From: Candidatus Acidiferrum sp.
Lineage (GTDB): Bacteria > Vulcanimicrobiota > Vulcanimicrobiia > Vulcanimicrobiales > Vulcanimicrobiaceae
Direction: 5' to 3'
DNA: 64,000 nucleotides
Assembly (NCBI GenBank): GCA_035507095.1
Contig: DATJOM010000074.1
Location: 3,941 to 67,940, forward strand
Part shown: positions 9,387-19,624 of the stretch, one piece after another
How the letters are laid out: every line of letters starts with the position of its first letter
Numbering within the stretch: position 1 is the stretch's first letter
Program-made: the position numbers and the translations under genes
The notes under the pieces: model-generated
What the model saw: the letters and a program-made list of their open reading frames with translations, nothing else
Told to the model about the DNA's origin: nothing
Database searches by the model: none

Positions 9387-10525
9387 GAGAGGCTCGTAAT
9401 CTCGTCGGCGTAGGCGGGATACTTCTCAGCGATCACTTTTTCTATTTCCAAGCGTAGCATGCCCAACAATTCATTTTCGGGATAGGTGCCGACCAGCTCG
9501 CCCGCCCGATAGATCGCGCCCTTGCCTTTGCCGCCGGCAACGCCCACGTCGGCCATCTTCGATTCACCCGGTCCGTTGACCACGCAGCCCATCACGGCGA
9601 CCTTGACCGGTGCGCTGTATTCCTTCGCGATCGCCTCGACGGCGCGGCCGAGTTCGAGCACCGAGATCTCGGCGCGCCCGCACGACGGACACGCGGTGAT
9701 CTCAAAGCCTTTTTCACGCAGGCCCAGCGACTTGAGGATCGACCAGCAGACCGGCACTTCTTCAATCGGATCGTCGGCGAGCGAGACGCGGATCGTGTCG
9801 CCGATGCCTTCATACAGCAAGATGCCGAGGCCGATCGACGACTTGATCGTGCCGTCGCGCAGCAAACCCGCTTCGGTGATCCCGAGGTGCAGTGCGTAGG
9901 GCGTGTTGCGCTCGCGGAGTTTCTTATCCGCGAGACGATACGCGTCGACCGTGGTGTTCACGTCGTGCGCTTTGAGCGAGATCGCAATGTCGGTATGGCC
10001 ATGCTCTTCGAGCATCTCGACGTGACGAAGCGCCGAAAGCACCATCGCTTCGGCGGTGTGGCCGAGCGTCTTCTCGAGATCAGGCGCAAGCGATCCCATG
10101 TTGACCCCGACGCGAATCGGGATGCCGCGCATTTTCGCGGCGGTGACGACTTCGGCGACCTTCTTGGGATCGCGGATGTTGCCCGGGTTCAAACGCAATT
10201 TCGCGACGCCGGCTTCGATCGCCGCCAGCGCCATCTTGTGATCGAAGTGAATGTCGGCGACGATCGGCACGGGCGAACGGTAGACGATCGACGGCAAGCC
10301 GGCGGCGTCGGGCGGATCCTTGACCGTCACGCGCACGACCTCGCAGCCTTCCATCGCGAGCGCGTAGATCTGCGTCAGCGTCGCATCGGCATCAGCCGTG
10401 TCGGTCGTCGTCATCGACTGCACCACGACCGGATTGTCGCCACCGATCCAGACGCTCTTGGCGTCGGACTTGCCGGTCTTGTTCTGCAGGAAGATCGGGT
10501 TCGATTTGCGCCGCAAGCGAATCAC
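9383..10525 (-). CDS. ispG: 4-hydroxy-3-methylbut-2-en-1-yl diphosphate synthase
   Basis: GcpE/IspG signature regions (NPVVVQSMTTTDT, the C-terminal Fe-S Cys triad ITACPSCGR...GCVVNGPGE). ORF track start is 10579 (TTG). I prefer the GTG at 10525, which gives (M)IRLRRKS... and removes the overlap with rseP. The start remains uncertain. Confidence 0.9.
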   Translation of the reverse strand: MIRLRRKSNPIFLQNKTGKSDAKSVWIGGDNPVVVQSMTTTDTADADATLTQIYALAMEGCEVVRVTVKDPPDAAGLPSIVYRSPVPIVADIHFDHKMALAAIEAGVAKLRLNPGNIRDPKKVAEVVTAAKMRGIPIRVGVNMGSLAPDLEKTLGHTAEAMVLSALRHVEMLEEHGHTDIAISLKAHDVNTTVDAYRLADKKLRERNTPYALHLGITEAGLLRDGTIKSSIGLGILLYEGIGDTIRVSLADDPIEEVPVCWSILKSLGLREKGFEITACPSCGRAEISVLELGRAVEAIAKEYSAPVKVAVMGCVVNGPGESKMADVGVAGGKGKGAIYRAGELVGTYPENELLGMLRLEIEKVIAEKYPAYADEITSLS

Positions 10526-10529
10526 GGTG

Positions 10530-11666
10530 TCAGAAGACTCCTTGCCCTGAGAAGATGCGGGCGATGTCATGGAAAGCAACCATCAGCATGAGCGCCATCA
10601 GCGCGGCGAACCCGGCGAGATGCACGAGTGCTTCTTTGTCGGGATCGACCGGTTTTCCGCGCAGCAGCTCAGCAATGATGAACGCCGCGCGTCCACCGTC
10701 GAGCGCGGGAATCGGCAGCAGATTGAAGAGGCCTAGCGCAAACGAGATCGTTGCCGCTAGCGAAAGATACGGCCCCCATCCAAAGTCTTGCACGATGCCC
10801 GCAACTTGCCCCATTCCAACGACGCCCGACACTTGTCCCGCGTATTTCGTAAAGTGCGTGAAGAGCAGGCCCAGCGACATGAACGTTGTATCCGCGATGT
10901 TCTGGTATTCGATCGCGCTGTCGCGCACCGCGACCCCGAACGGCACGCGCTCGAAAGCTTGTACCGGTGAGAAGCCGATGCACCCGAGCTTTTGACCCGG
11001 TGACGGACACGGCTTCGGTTGCGTGACGAACATGCTTTGCTGGCCGTCGCGCACGTAGGTCACTTCAATGGTCTTGCCGAGCGAGCCGTGGATCGTGTCG
11101 ACAAGTTTGCTTGCATTGGTGACGTCACGCCCATCGACACGCACGCCGACGATACGGTCGCCGGGACGCAAACCGTGCGTCGCCGCCGGATAGCCTTGCA
11201 CCACCGTGTAAACGATCGCGCGGTCGACACGATCGCTCGGCACGCCGAAGACGACCGCACCAAAAAGCAAAATGACGTAGGCAAGGATAAAGTTCATCGC
11301 CGGTCCCGCGAGGATGATCGCTAATCGCCGCCAGGGATTCTTGCCTTGGAAATTGTTCGCTGCGTCGCTCGGCGCGGCACGAAATTCGCGCTGCTGCTCG
11401 GCTTCAGAGGTCTTGTTGTCCTCGCCTTCCATCGCGCAGTAGCCGCCGATGGGCAACAGGCGCAGGGAGTATTGGGTGCCGGTGCGCGGACTCACCCACG
11501 CAAAGAGCTTCGGCCCGAAGCCGACCGCGAACTCCATCACGTGCACGCCATTACGCCGCGCCAGGATGTAGTGACCAAATTCGTGCAGCACGATCAACAG
11601 CGAGAGCATCACGAGGAACGTGATGACCTTGTCGATCGAGACGAGCGTAATCGCTGCTAACAACAC
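10530..11666 (-). CDS. rseP: RIP site-2 metalloprotease (M50, RseP-like)
   Basis: HEFGHY zinc motif in the first TM helix. Internal PDZ-like region. C-terminal NLLPIPALDGG motif. GTG start. Confidence 0.88.
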   Translation of the reverse strand: MLLAAITLVSIDKVITFLVMLSLLIVLHEFGHYILARRNGVHVMEFAVGFGPKLFAWVSPRTGTQYSLRLLPIGGYCAMEGEDNKTSEAEQQREFRAAPSDAANNFQGKNPWRRLAIILAGPAMNFILAYVILLFGAVVFGVPSDRVDRAIVYTVVQGYPAATHGLRPGDRIVGVRVDGRDVTNASKLVDTIHGSLGKTIEVTYVRDGQQSMFVTQPKPCPSPGQKLGCIGFSPVQAFERVPFGVAVRDSAIEYQNIADTTFMSLGLLFTHFTKYAGQVSGVVGMGQVAGIVQDFGWGPYLSLAATISFALGLFNLLPIPALDGGRAAFIIAELLRGKPVDPDKEALVHLAGFAALMALMLMVAFHDIARIFSGQGVF

Positions 11667-12796
11667 CTGATGTCCTCTACAAACTCCGCGGCCGCCAGGC
11701 GCGCGTCCGAATCCGCTTCCCGAATGTACGCGAGGGTTGCATCCCGGTGTGCCACCCGTCCGAGCGTGGTTTCGATGATGCGCGCGATCTCACCGAACCG
11801 CACCCTTCCTTCGACAAATGCCTTCACGGCGACTTCGTTGGCGGCCGAGAGGACCGCCGGCGCCGTCCCGCCCCGGGCGAGCGCCTGGTACGCCAGCCGC
11901 AAGCACGGAAACCGCTCGAAATCGGGCTCTTCGAAGTCATACTGTAGCGAGTCAGTCTGGGCTTTACCCCCGAGCAGGGAGAGAACCGACCCTTCGACAG
12001 GCGCAGAGGGACCGAGACGGTCGGGATAGCTCAGGGCGTAGCCAATCGGGATTTTCATGTCGGGGTGGCAGAGCTGGCCCTTGACGCTGCCGTCGGTGAA
12101 GAGCACAAAGCCGTGCGCGATCGACTGCGGGTGGACGACGATCACGACGCGCTCGCCGGGCTGACCGAACAGATGGCTTGCCTCGATCACCTCGAGCCCC
12201 TTATTCATCATCGTCGCCGAATCGATCGTATTCTTCGTGCCCATACGCCACGTCGGATGGGCGAGCGCGTGCTCGAGCGTAGCTTCGCGCATCTCGTCCG
12301 CGCTCGCAGTGCGAAACGGGCCACCGGAGGCCGTCAACACGAGCGCCGCGACGTGTGCCGGATCTTCGCCGACGAGGCACTGAAAGAGCGCGCTGTGCTC
12401 GGAATCGACCGGCAAAATGGTACTGCCACTTTGCGCGGCCGCGGCGAGCATCACCTCACCGGCGGCGACGATCAATTCTTTGTTGGCGACCGCAATGCTC
12501 GTGCCGCGCTCGATCGCGGCGAGCACGGCGTCGAAGGCGACCGCGCCATCCGTTGCTGCTAGTACGATATCCGGTCGCGACTCGATCGCGACGCGCATCA
12601 AGCCGTCCGGCCCATCGACCGCGGAGGTCGCGATCTCCGGTGTAAAGCGCGCATACTGATCGCGCAGGCGTTCGAGATTGCGGCCCGCCGCCAGACCGAC
12701 AACCTGAAAGCGATCGGGATGCGCGGCAATGACGTCGAGCGCTTGCGTGCCGATCGAACCCGTGGAACCGAGAATCGCGACGCGTTTTCGGCTCAT
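11657..12796 (-). CDS. dxr: 1-deoxy-D-xylulose 5-phosphate reductoisomerase
   Basis: ORF 11657..13399 trimmed to the ATG at 12796 (MSRKRVAILGSTGSIGTQALDVI...). Canonical Dxr N-terminus and NKG/HPxW motifs. ATGA overlap with the cdsA stop. Confidence 0.93.
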   Translation of the reverse strand: MSRKRVAILGSTGSIGTQALDVIAAHPDRFQVVGLAAGRNLERLRDQYARFTPEIATSAVDGPDGLMRVAIESRPDIVLAATDGAVAFDAVLAAIERGTSIAVANKELIVAAGEVMLAAAAQSGSTILPVDSEHSALFQCLVGEDPAHVAALVLTASGGPFRTASADEMREATLEHALAHPTWRMGTKNTIDSATMMNKGLEVIEASHLFGQPGERVVIVVHPQSIAHGFVLFTDGSVKGQLCHPDMKIPIGYALSYPDRLGPSAPVEGSVLSLLGGKAQTDSLQYDFEEPDFERFPCLRLAYQALARGGTAPAVLSAANEVAVKAFVEGRVRFGEIARIIETTLGRVAHRDATLAYIREADSDARLAAAEFVEDIRCC

Positions 12797-13638
12797 TGCG
12801 TCACCGTCAGCAATCCGATCACATGCAAGACGGCGAAGTAGGCCATACCGCCAAACAGATATGAATCGAAACGATCGAGCACGCCGCCGTGCCCTTGGAT
12901 AAGTTGCCCGGTGTCCTTGACGCCCGCATCGCGCTTGAGCGCCGACTCCGCGAGATCGCCCGCCTGCGCGGCGATCGACGTCGTCGCGCCGAGAACCATG
13001 CCTTGCCACCACAGCAGGTGCAGCTGCGGAATGTACGCCGCCGCGGCCGCGCCGGCCACGCTCACGATAAGCAACGCGCCGATCGAGCCCTCGACGGTTT
13101 TCTTCGGCGAGATCTTCGTCAGCTGGCGCCGCCCGATCAGCGAACCCACAACCATGCCGAAAATGTCCGTGAGCGCAATCAGCACGATCACGTCGTACGT
13201 CCACCAGATGCCGAGTTGCGGGACGCTGCGCAAGAATATGAAGTAGGTGAGCAATTTCCCGATATAGAGCACGGCCAGCAGCGTGTAGGCGGTGCGGGCG
13301 AAGTAGCCCTTTTCCCCGCCGTACATCCCGATCGAGAAGCTGGCGATCGTAATACCGGCAAGCAAGACGCCTTCCCATTTGTGCAGCAGGTCGAACCACG
13401 CGAGCACGATGTAGGCGACAACGCCGACCATCGCGACCTGATACTCGAGCGGTTGGCCTTTGATCTCACACAAAGCGTTGAGTTCGTAGAGCATCAAGAC
13501 GCCCAGGACGAGCACGAGCGCATCGAAGGCCCACTGATTTGCGACAAGCGTCAGCCCGACGACCGCAAGGAGCAAGCCGACGACGACCCGGCGCGTAACG
13601 CTAGTGGTCTGCGATGGGGAGATGCGTGACGCCGTCAT
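12793..13638 (-). CDS. cdsA: phosphatidate cytidylyltransferase
   Basis: Polytopic membrane protein with the C-terminal CTP_transf_1 signature (SALKRDAGVKDTGQLIQGHGGVLDRFDS). ATG at 13638 preferred; the ORF maximum is 13734. Confidence 0.85.
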   Translation of the reverse strand: MTASRISPSQTTSVTRRVVVGLLLAVVGLTLVANQWAFDALVLVLGVLMLYELNALCEIKGQPLEYQVAMVGVVAYIVLAWFDLLHKWEGVLLAGITIASFSIGMYGGEKGYFARTAYTLLAVLYIGKLLTYFIFLRSVPQLGIWWTYDVIVLIALTDIFGMVVGSLIGRRQLTKISPKKTVEGSIGALLIVSVAGAAAAAYIPQLHLLWWQGMVLGATTSIAAQAGDLAESALKRDAGVKDTGQLIQGHGGVLDRFDSYLFGGMAYFAVLHVIGLLTVTQ

Positions 13639-13746
13639 GGGCACCACGGGTGCGAATGGCGAGGCGCGAGGAGGGAGCATAGCCGTACCTCTGTGACCGA
13701 CGAGCAACGACGCCAGCGCACCGGTGCTGCCCATGACCCTTTGGGC

Positions 13747-13840
13747 TGTGCATGTTCGAGCGAACCGCTTCGTCGTTCCTCACTCGCAAAGCTCACTTTT
13801 GTCGTTCGTCACTCCTACCGGTTCATCTCGAACATGCACA
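13747..13840. repeat. perfect 14-bp inverted repeat enclosing two 14-nt direct repeats, intergenic between uppS and cdsA
   Basis: TGTGCATGTTCGAG (13747-13760) and its exact reverse complement CTCGAACATGCACA (13827-13840). Inside are GTCGTTCCTCACTC (13772-13785) and GTCGTTCGTCACTC (13801-13814), matching at 13 of 14 positions. Confidence 0.6.
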
Positions 13841-13872
13841 GCGGCATTACGTATCTCCCCATCGCAGACCAC

Positions 13873-14595
13873 TCACTCGCCGAAGCGTCGCTGACGGTGT
13901 GCAAACTCACGGACGGCCTGCGCAAGATGTTCGCCCGAGAAGTCGGGCCAATAGACGTCGCTCATGACGAGTTCCGCATACGCGGCCTGATACAGCATAA
14001 AATTCGAGAGCCGCTGTTCGCCGCCGGGGCGAATCAACAGATCGGGGTCGGGCACGCCGGCTGTATAGAGATACGACGAGATCAGCTCGTCGTCGATGCG
14101 CTCGAGCGTAAGCTCCCCGCTCTGCACGTGAGCTGCAATCGCGCGGACCGCGTGCTCCAACTCACTGCGCGAGCTGTAATTCACCGCGAGGTTCAAGATC
14201 AAGCCGGTATTGGTAGCCGTGCCGCGTTGCAAATCATCAAGCGCGTTGCGCGAGCGTTCCGGCAGGGCCTGCCAATCGCCGATCACGCGAACACGCACGT
14301 TATTGCGCTGCAACTCGGCAAGCTCGCTCTTGGCGAAATACACGCACAGATCGAAGAGAAACGCGATCTCCTGCGCATCGCGCCGCCAGTTCTCGGTGGA
14401 GAAGCCGTAGACGGTGACGATTTCGATGCCGAGATCGCGGGCAGCCTGCGTCACGCGCCGCAGCGAGATGATGCCCCGCCGGTGGCCTTCGAGCGCAGGT
14501 AAGCCGCGTTCGCGCGCCCACCGGCGGTTGCCGTCCATGATGATTGCAACATGGCGAGGCACGCGCTGCTCAATCGGCTCGATCATACGATTCAT
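13873..14595 (-). CDS. uppS: undecaprenyl (isoprenyl) diphosphate synthase
   Basis: HVAIIMDGNRRWA and FSTENW...RPGGEQRLSNF motifs of cis-prenyltransferases. Confidence 0.93.
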   Translation of the reverse strand: MNRMIEPIEQRVPRHVAIIMDGNRRWARERGLPALEGHRRGIISLRRVTQAARDLGIEIVTVYGFSTENWRRDAQEIAFLFDLCVYFAKSELAELQRNNVRVRVIGDWQALPERSRNALDDLQRGTATNTGLILNLAVNYSSRSELEHAVRAIAAHVQSGELTLERIDDELISSYLYTAGVPDPDLLIRPGGEQRLSNFMLYQAAYAELVMSDVYWPDFSGEHLAQAVREFAHRQRRFGE

Positions 14596-14769
14596 ATCCG
14601 CAGACGAGATCGATCAGATCGTCGCGCTCGATCACGCGCAAGACGCGAAGGGTTCCGACCCCGAGCGCTGGACCGACCGGTGCAAGGACCGAGAGATGCA
14701 CGCGGCGTCCGGCCAAGGCCGCGCGCGCCGCCACTTCGGGCATCAGCGTGAGATCCAAGAGATCTCCAC

Positions 14770-15324
14770 CTAAACTTCCATGATGTCTTTTTCTTTGGCC
14801 GCAACGAGCGCGTCGATCTCTTTGACAAACCTATCGGTCAGCTTCTGGAGTTGGTCCTGCATGCGCTTGTTGTCGTCTTCGGTGATAGCATGCTTCTTGA
14901 GCTGATCCTTGAGATCGTCGTGCGCCTTGTGGCGCACGTTGCGTACCGCAATCTTGCCGTCTTCGGCTTTCTTTTTTACGACCTTCACCAAGTCTTTGCG
15001 ACGCTCTTCGTTGAGCGGCGGAATCGTCAGACGAATGGTCGACCCGTCGATGTTGGGCGTAATGCCAAGATCGCTTTTTTCGATCGCTTTGCGGATGTCG
15101 CCGACGACGTTCTTGTCGAACGCTTGGATGACCAGCGTGCGCGCGTCGGGCGTACCGATCGAGGCGACTTGCTTCAACGGCACGGCCGAACCGTAGGCTT
15201 CCACGTGTAGTCGATCCAGCAGTGCCGGCGTCGCCCGGCCGGTGCGGATCGAGGCAAACTCCGAACGCGTAGCCTCCACGCATTTGGTCATCTTCGATTC
15301 GAGGTCTTTGAAGAGGTCGGACAT
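14770..15324 (-). CDS. frr: ribosome recycling factor
   Basis: ORF 14770..15345 trimmed to the ATG at 15324 (MSDLFKDLESKM...), one base after the pyrH stop. RRF sequence pattern throughout. Confidence 0.93.
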   Translation of the reverse strand: MSDLFKDLESKMTKCVEATRSEFASIRTGRATPALLDRLHVEAYGSAVPLKQVASIGTPDARTLVIQAFDKNVVGDIRKAIEKSDLGITPNIDGSTIRLTIPPLNEERRKDLVKVVKKKAEDGKIAVRNVRHKAHDDLKDQLKKHAITEDDNKRMQDQLQKLTDRFVKEIDALVAAKEKDIMEV

Positions 15325-15325
15325 G

Positions 15326-16078
15326 CTAGTTGCCTGCTCCAACAATTACGTTTGATTCGCGCTCGACGACCGTCCCGATCGGATCGCCGTAGATCACACG
15401 GCGAATATTCCCGGGAACGGACATATCGAACACGATAATCGGAAGCTTGTTGTCCATGCAAAGCGCCATCGCGGTCGAATCCATGACCTCGAGGCCGCGC
15501 TGCAGCACTTCCATGTAGTCGAGGCGCTCGAAACGCGTCGCGGTCGGATCTTTCTTCGGATCGGCGCTGTAGATGCCGTCGACCTTGGTGGCCTTGAGAA
15601 TCGCGTCGGCGCCGATCTCGACCGCGCGCAGCGCCGCAGTCGTGTCGGTCGTGAAGTACGGATTGCCGGTACCAGCCGCAAAGATCACAACGCGGCCTTT
15701 TTCCAAGTGCCGCATCGCGCGGCGACGGATGTACGGCTCGGCGATCTGGTGCATTGCGATCGCGGTCTGGACGCGCGACGGAACACCCATGCGCTCGAGC
15801 GCATCTTGCAATGCGAGCGCGTTGATCACGGTCGCGAGCATGCCCATGTAGTCGGCGGTCGCGCGATCCATGCCGGCCTCTTCGTGGACTTTGCCGCGCC
15901 AGATGTTTCCGCCGCCGACGACGACGGCTACGGAGACACCGGCGCGCGCGACGTCGGCGATTTCATCGGCCATGACGCGTGTCGTATTAACATCGACGCC
16001 GGTATCGGTTCCGGCGAACGCTTCGCCGGAGATTTTGAGAAGAACGCGGTTGTACTTGGGTCGACTATTGGGATCCAA
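15326..16078 (-). CDS. pyrH: UMP kinase
   Basis: [13 protein letters not shown]...[11 protein letters not shown]...[20 protein letters not shown], canonical PyrH. Confidence 0.95.
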   Translation of the reverse strand: MDPNSRPKYNRVLLKISGEAFAGTDTGVDVNTTRVMADEIADVARAGVSVAVVVGGGNIWRGKVHEEAGMDRATADYMGMLATVINALALQDALERMGVPSRVQTAIAMHQIAEPYIRRRAMRHLEKGRVVIFAAGTGNPYFTTDTTAALRAVEIGADAILKATKVDGIYSADPKKDPTATRFERLDYMEVLQRGLEVMDSTAMALCMDNKLPIIVFDMSVPGNIRRVIYGDPIGTVVERESNVIVGAGN

Positions 16079-16089
16079 GGGCTAGTGCC

Positions 16090-16701
16090 TCAATTTTCTC
16101 CGAGTGCGTACTTCGTGAAGCGGCGAACCTTGATTTTCTCTCCAAGCGACCCGACCGCCGCGTTGATCAGATCGTTGACCGAGAGCGAATCGTCCTTGAC
16201 GAACGGCTGGTCGAGCAGCACGTGCTCCTCGTACCACTTGTTCAACTTCCCTTCGACGATCTTCTCCGCGACCTCGGGCGGCTTGCCTGCCGGCACCGCG
16301 GCTTTGAACTCCTCACGCGCCTTGGCGACGACGTCCTCGGGGACGCTGGCCCGGTCGAGGTACTGCGGCGACATCGCCGCGATGTGCATCGCGATGTCGC
16401 GGCTGAGCTCCGAAAACTTCGGATTGCGCGCAACGAAGTCGGTCTCGCTATTGACCTCGACGAGTACGCCGATCTTGCCGCCGGCGTGGATGTAGCTGGT
16501 GACGAGCCCTTCGTTTGCCGAACGCTCGGCCTTCTTCTCGGCTTGTGCCGCGCCGCGCTCGAGCAAGAGCGCCTTCGCCTTTGCGAAGTCGCCGTTCGCT
16601 TCGATGAGCGCCTTGCGGCAGTCCATCATCGGCGCGCTGGTCTCTTCACGCAGCGCCTTGATCTCTTCGGCCTTCGGTTGGTAGGACATTGAGGTGGACA
16701 C
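16090..16701 (-). CDS. tsf: translation elongation factor Ts (short form)
   Basis: IKALREETSAPMMDCRKAL UBA-like N-terminus. GTG start preceded by AAGGAGA. Confidence 0.92.
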   Translation of the reverse strand: MSTSMSYQPKAEEIKALREETSAPMMDCRKALIEANGDFAKAKALLLERGAAQAEKKAERSANEGLVTSYIHAGGKIGVLVEVNSETDFVARNPKFSELSRDIAMHIAAMSPQYLDRASVPEDVVAKAREEFKAAVPAGKPPEVAEKIVEGKLNKWYEEHVLLDQPFVKDDSLSVNDLINAAVGSLGEKIKVRRFTKYALGEN

Positions 16702-16710
16702 CAGTTCTCC

Positions 16711-17496
16711 TTACAGCGCGGCTTCGACTTCGGCCATGGTCAGCGGAGCTTCGTCTTCCACGCTCTCCGCATACGGTTGCGCGTACGCGTTTTCCGCATC
16801 GTAAGCGCTCTCGTTCTCGGTCTTCCCCTCGATGATTGCGTCGGCGATCTTGCTCACCATCAGCTTGACCGCACGAATCGCATCGTCATTGCCGGGAATC
16901 GGATAGTCGATCTCGTCGGGATCACAGTTCGTGTCGATCACCGCGATGATCGGGATCTTGAGCTTGCGCGCCTCGAGAACGGCGATCCGCTCTTTCTTCG
17001 GGTCGACGATAAAGACCGCATCCGGGAGACGGTGCATGTCTTTGATACCGCCGAGGAAACGCTCGAGCTTGGCCATCTCGTCTTGGAGCTGCGCGACTTC
17101 TTTCTTGGGCAGGCGATCGAAGTCGCCTTGCATCTTCATACCCTCGAGCTCGCGCAGACGCGCGATGCGCTTCTGGATGGTCGAAAAGTTGGTGAGCGTA
17201 CCGCCCAGCCAGCGCTGATTGATGAAATAGGTGCCCGCGCGTTCGGCCTCTTCGCGCACGACGTCCTGCGCTTGCTTCTTGGTGCCGACGAAGAGGATGA
17301 CTTTCTTTTCACGGGCCATCTGTTTGACGGCCTCGTAGGTCTCACGCAGCTTCTGCACGGTGAGCGCGAGGTCGATGATGTAAATGCCGTTGCGCTCCTG
17401 GAAGATGAAAGGCTTCATCTTGGGGTTCCAGCGACGGGTCTGATGCCCGAAGTGGACGCCTGCCTCGAGGAGTTCGCGCATGGTAACTACAGACAC
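16711..17496 (-). CDS. rpsB: 30S ribosomal protein S2
   Basis: ORF 16711..17634 trimmed to the GTG at 17496, giving (M)[26 protein letters not shown], with GGAGA upstream. Confidence 0.95.
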   Translation of the reverse strand: MSVVTMRELLEAGVHFGHQTRRWNPKMKPFIFQERNGIYIIDLALTVQKLRETYEAVKQMAREKKVILFVGTKKQAQDVVREEAERAGTYFINQRWLGGTLTNFSTIQKRIARLRELEGMKMQGDFDRLPKKEVAQLQDEMAKLERFLGGIKDMHRLPDAVFIVDPKKERIAVLEARKLKIPIIAVIDTNCDPDEIDYPIPGNDDAIRAVKLMVSKIADAIIEGKTENESAYDAENAYAQPYAESVEDEAPLTMAEVEAAL

Positions 17497-17700
17497 AAGG
17501 TTTCTCCTTCTGGCCTCGGTTCGCGTGCCGTCATGGCGGTGCGATCCGTGTCGAGAGGCCATATACCACCAGCCGTCCGTGGCGGGCGTAGTAAAGTAGC
17601 GCCGCCCATACGGACAGCCGTCCGAGTATACCATGGCCCCGGGGGCGGGTCCAGCGGGCGAAGGGTCTTCACCGCTAAGGCTCTCGGGCGAAGATACCGA

Positions 17701-18717
17701 ATGTCAAAAACGATGCGGTGGTTAGTTACCGGCGGCCTCGGTTTCATCGGCTCGAATTTCGTCCGCCTCGCCCTCACCGAGCGGGCCGGCCTCGAAATCG
17801 TCAACCTCGATGCGATGACCTACGCCGGCAACCCGGCCAACTTGCGCGATGTCCAGACCGACAAGCGGTACCGCTTCGTCCATGGCGATATCTGCGATCC
17901 TCGCGCCGTGCGCGCGGCAATCGGCGAGGGCGTGGACGCCATCGTGAACTTCGCCGCCGAGACGCACGTCGATCGTTCGATCCTCGACCCCGAGCAGTTC
18001 TTGCGCACCGACATTCTCGGCACGCACGTCTTGCTCGAAGCGGTGCGCGAACGTTCGATCCCGCGTTACCTGCAAGTGTCAACCGACGAAGTCTACGGCG
18101 ACGTCGCCGAAGGTGAATCGACCGAGAACGACGCGCTGCAACCGCGCAGCCCGTATTCCGCGAGCAAGGCCGGCGGCGATCTCCAGGTGCTCGCCTATTG
18201 GACGACGTTCGGCACACCGGTGCTCATTACGCGCGGTAGCAATACGTACGGACCGTATCAATATCCCGAGAAGCTGATCCCCCTCTTCATCACCAACCTC
18301 ATCGACGACCAGCAGGTCCCGGTCTACGGCGATGGTCTGCAAGTGCGCGATTGGTTGCACGTCGAGGATCACGCGCGCGGGATCATGCACGTGCTCGAAC
18401 ACGGTGAGACCGGCAACATCTATAATGTCGGCGGCGGCAACCCGCATACGAACCTCGAGATTACGCGCCGTCTGGTTGGCGGTTGCGGTCGCGCGATGGA
18501 TACGCACGTGCGTCATGTGGCCGACCGTGAAGGGCACGACCGGCGCTACGCCGTGTCATGCGAGAAGGCCAACGCGATCGGGTGGACGCCGCGCGTCGGC
18601 TTCGAGCAGGGGTTGCGCGACACGATAGCGTGGTATCAAAAGCATGAAGACTGGTGGCGACCGCTCAAGTCCGGCGAATTTTTGGATTATTATAAAAGAC
18701 AGTATGCGCATAGATGA
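17701..18717 (+). CDS. rfbB: dTDP-glucose 4,6-dehydratase
   Basis: Real gene is the 3' part of the 646-aa ORF 16777..18717. ATG at 17701 ([22 protein letters not shown]). YSASKAGGD catalytic motif. Typical RmlB length. Confidence 0.92.
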   Translation: MSKTMRWLVTGGLGFIGSNFVRLALTERAGLEIVNLDAMTYAGNPANLRDVQTDKRYRFVHGDICDPRAVRAAIGEGVDAIVNFAAETHVDRSILDPEQFLRTDILGTHVLLEAVRERSIPRYLQVSTDEVYGDVAEGESTENDALQPRSPYSASKAGGDLQVLAYWTTFGTPVLITRGSNTYGPYQYPEKLIPLFITNLIDDQQVPVYGDGLQVRDWLHVEDHARGIMHVLEHGETGNIYNVGGGNPHTNLEITRRLVGGCGRAMDTHVRHVADREGHDRRYAVSCEKANAIGWTPRVGFEQGLRDTIAWYQKHEDWWRPLKSGEFLDYYKRQYAHR

Positions 18718-18880
18718 GTAGTGCCGTCGACGTGGTCCCGATACCAAGTAACATGACGACCCTGACGTTCAATGGGCGCGCCCCAGGGGAACCTTTCGCT
18801 TACCAAGTTGTGTCGCGCGCCATGGTTTGGGGGCCCCACGAAGTGGGGGGCGCTGAGCCTCGGGCGGAGCGCCTTTCCAA

Positions 18881-19624
18881 ATGAAAGGCGTTATATTAGC
18901 GGGCGGCCTTGGGTCGCGGCTTCGGCCACTAACGAAAGTTACGAACAAACATCTCTTGCCGATCTACGACAAGCCGATGATCTACTATCCGATCGAGACG
19001 CTGTGCAGGGCCGGCATCAAAGACATCATGATCGTTACCGGCGGAAACTCGGCCGGCGACTTCCTGCGCTTGCTCGGGAACGGCAGAGACTTCGGCCTCA
19101 AGGATATCTACTACACGTATCAAGAGGGCGAGGGCGGCATCGCCGACGCGCTCAAGCTGTGCGAGCACTTTGCCGAAGGCCAGCGCATCGTCGTGATCCT
19201 GGGTGACAACATCATTCAAGACGACATCGGACCCTACGTACGCAAGTTTGAAGCACAAGATTCGGGAGCGCGCATCCTATTAAAGGAAGTCGACGATCCC
19301 GAGCGCTTCGGCTGCCCCGAACTCGACGGCGACCGGATCGTGCGCATTGAGGAGAAGCCTACCTCGCCCAAGAGCCGTTACGCCGTAACCGGCATCTACA
19401 TGTATGACCGGCGCGTTTTCGATCTCTGCAAGCGCCTCAAGCCTTCGGCGCGTGGCGAGCTCGAGATCACCGACGTCAACAATGCGTATATCAAGGAAGG
19501 CGATCTTTACTACGACGTGCTCGACGGCTGGTGGACCGACGCGGGACAGTTCGAGAGTCTCTACCGCGCCGCGCAACTCGTCGCGGAGAGCAAACTCTCG
19601 TTAGTCCCCGACGACCGCGTATGA
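18881..19624 (+). CDS. sugar-1-phosphate nucleotidyltransferase, short-form glucose-1-phosphate thymidylyltransferase-like
   Basis: MKGVILAGGLGSRLRPLT...NKHLLPIYDKPMIYYPIE... NTP_transferase fold. 247 aa (short RmlA-like form). Confidence 0.8.
   Translation: MKGVILAGGLGSRLRPLTKVTNKHLLPIYDKPMIYYPIETLCRAGIKDIMIVTGGNSAGDFLRLLGNGRDFGLKDIYYTYQEGEGGIADALKLCEHFAEGQRIVVILGDNIIQDDIGPYVRKFEAQDSGARILLKEVDDPERFGCPELDGDRIVRIEEKPTSPKSRYAVTGIYMYDRRVFDLCKRLKPSARGELEITDVNNAYIKEGDLYYDVLDGWWTDAGQFESLYRAAQLVAESKLSLVPDDRV

Noticed and set aside
12797-13399. N-terminal 201-aa extension of the dxr ORF (11657..13399)
   Set aside because: The extension overlaps cdsA out of frame and is Arg-rich. The canonical Dxr N-terminus MSRKRVAILGSTGSIG begins at 12796 with an ATGA coupling to cdsA.
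14570-14758. 62-aa minus-strand ORF in the frr-uppS spacer
   Set aside because: It has a TTG start without a convincing Shine-Dalgarno, overlaps the uppS start by 26 nt, and shows no recognisable family and only moderate third-position GC bias. It cannot be supported as a gene from sequence alone.
16777-17700. N-terminal 300 aa of the 646-aa plus-strand ORF 16777..18717
   Set aside because: It lies antisense to the unmistakable rpsB gene and has an Arg/His/Asp-rich, low-complexity-like composition typical of GC-rich antisense frames. The real gene (rfbB) starts at the ATG at 17701.
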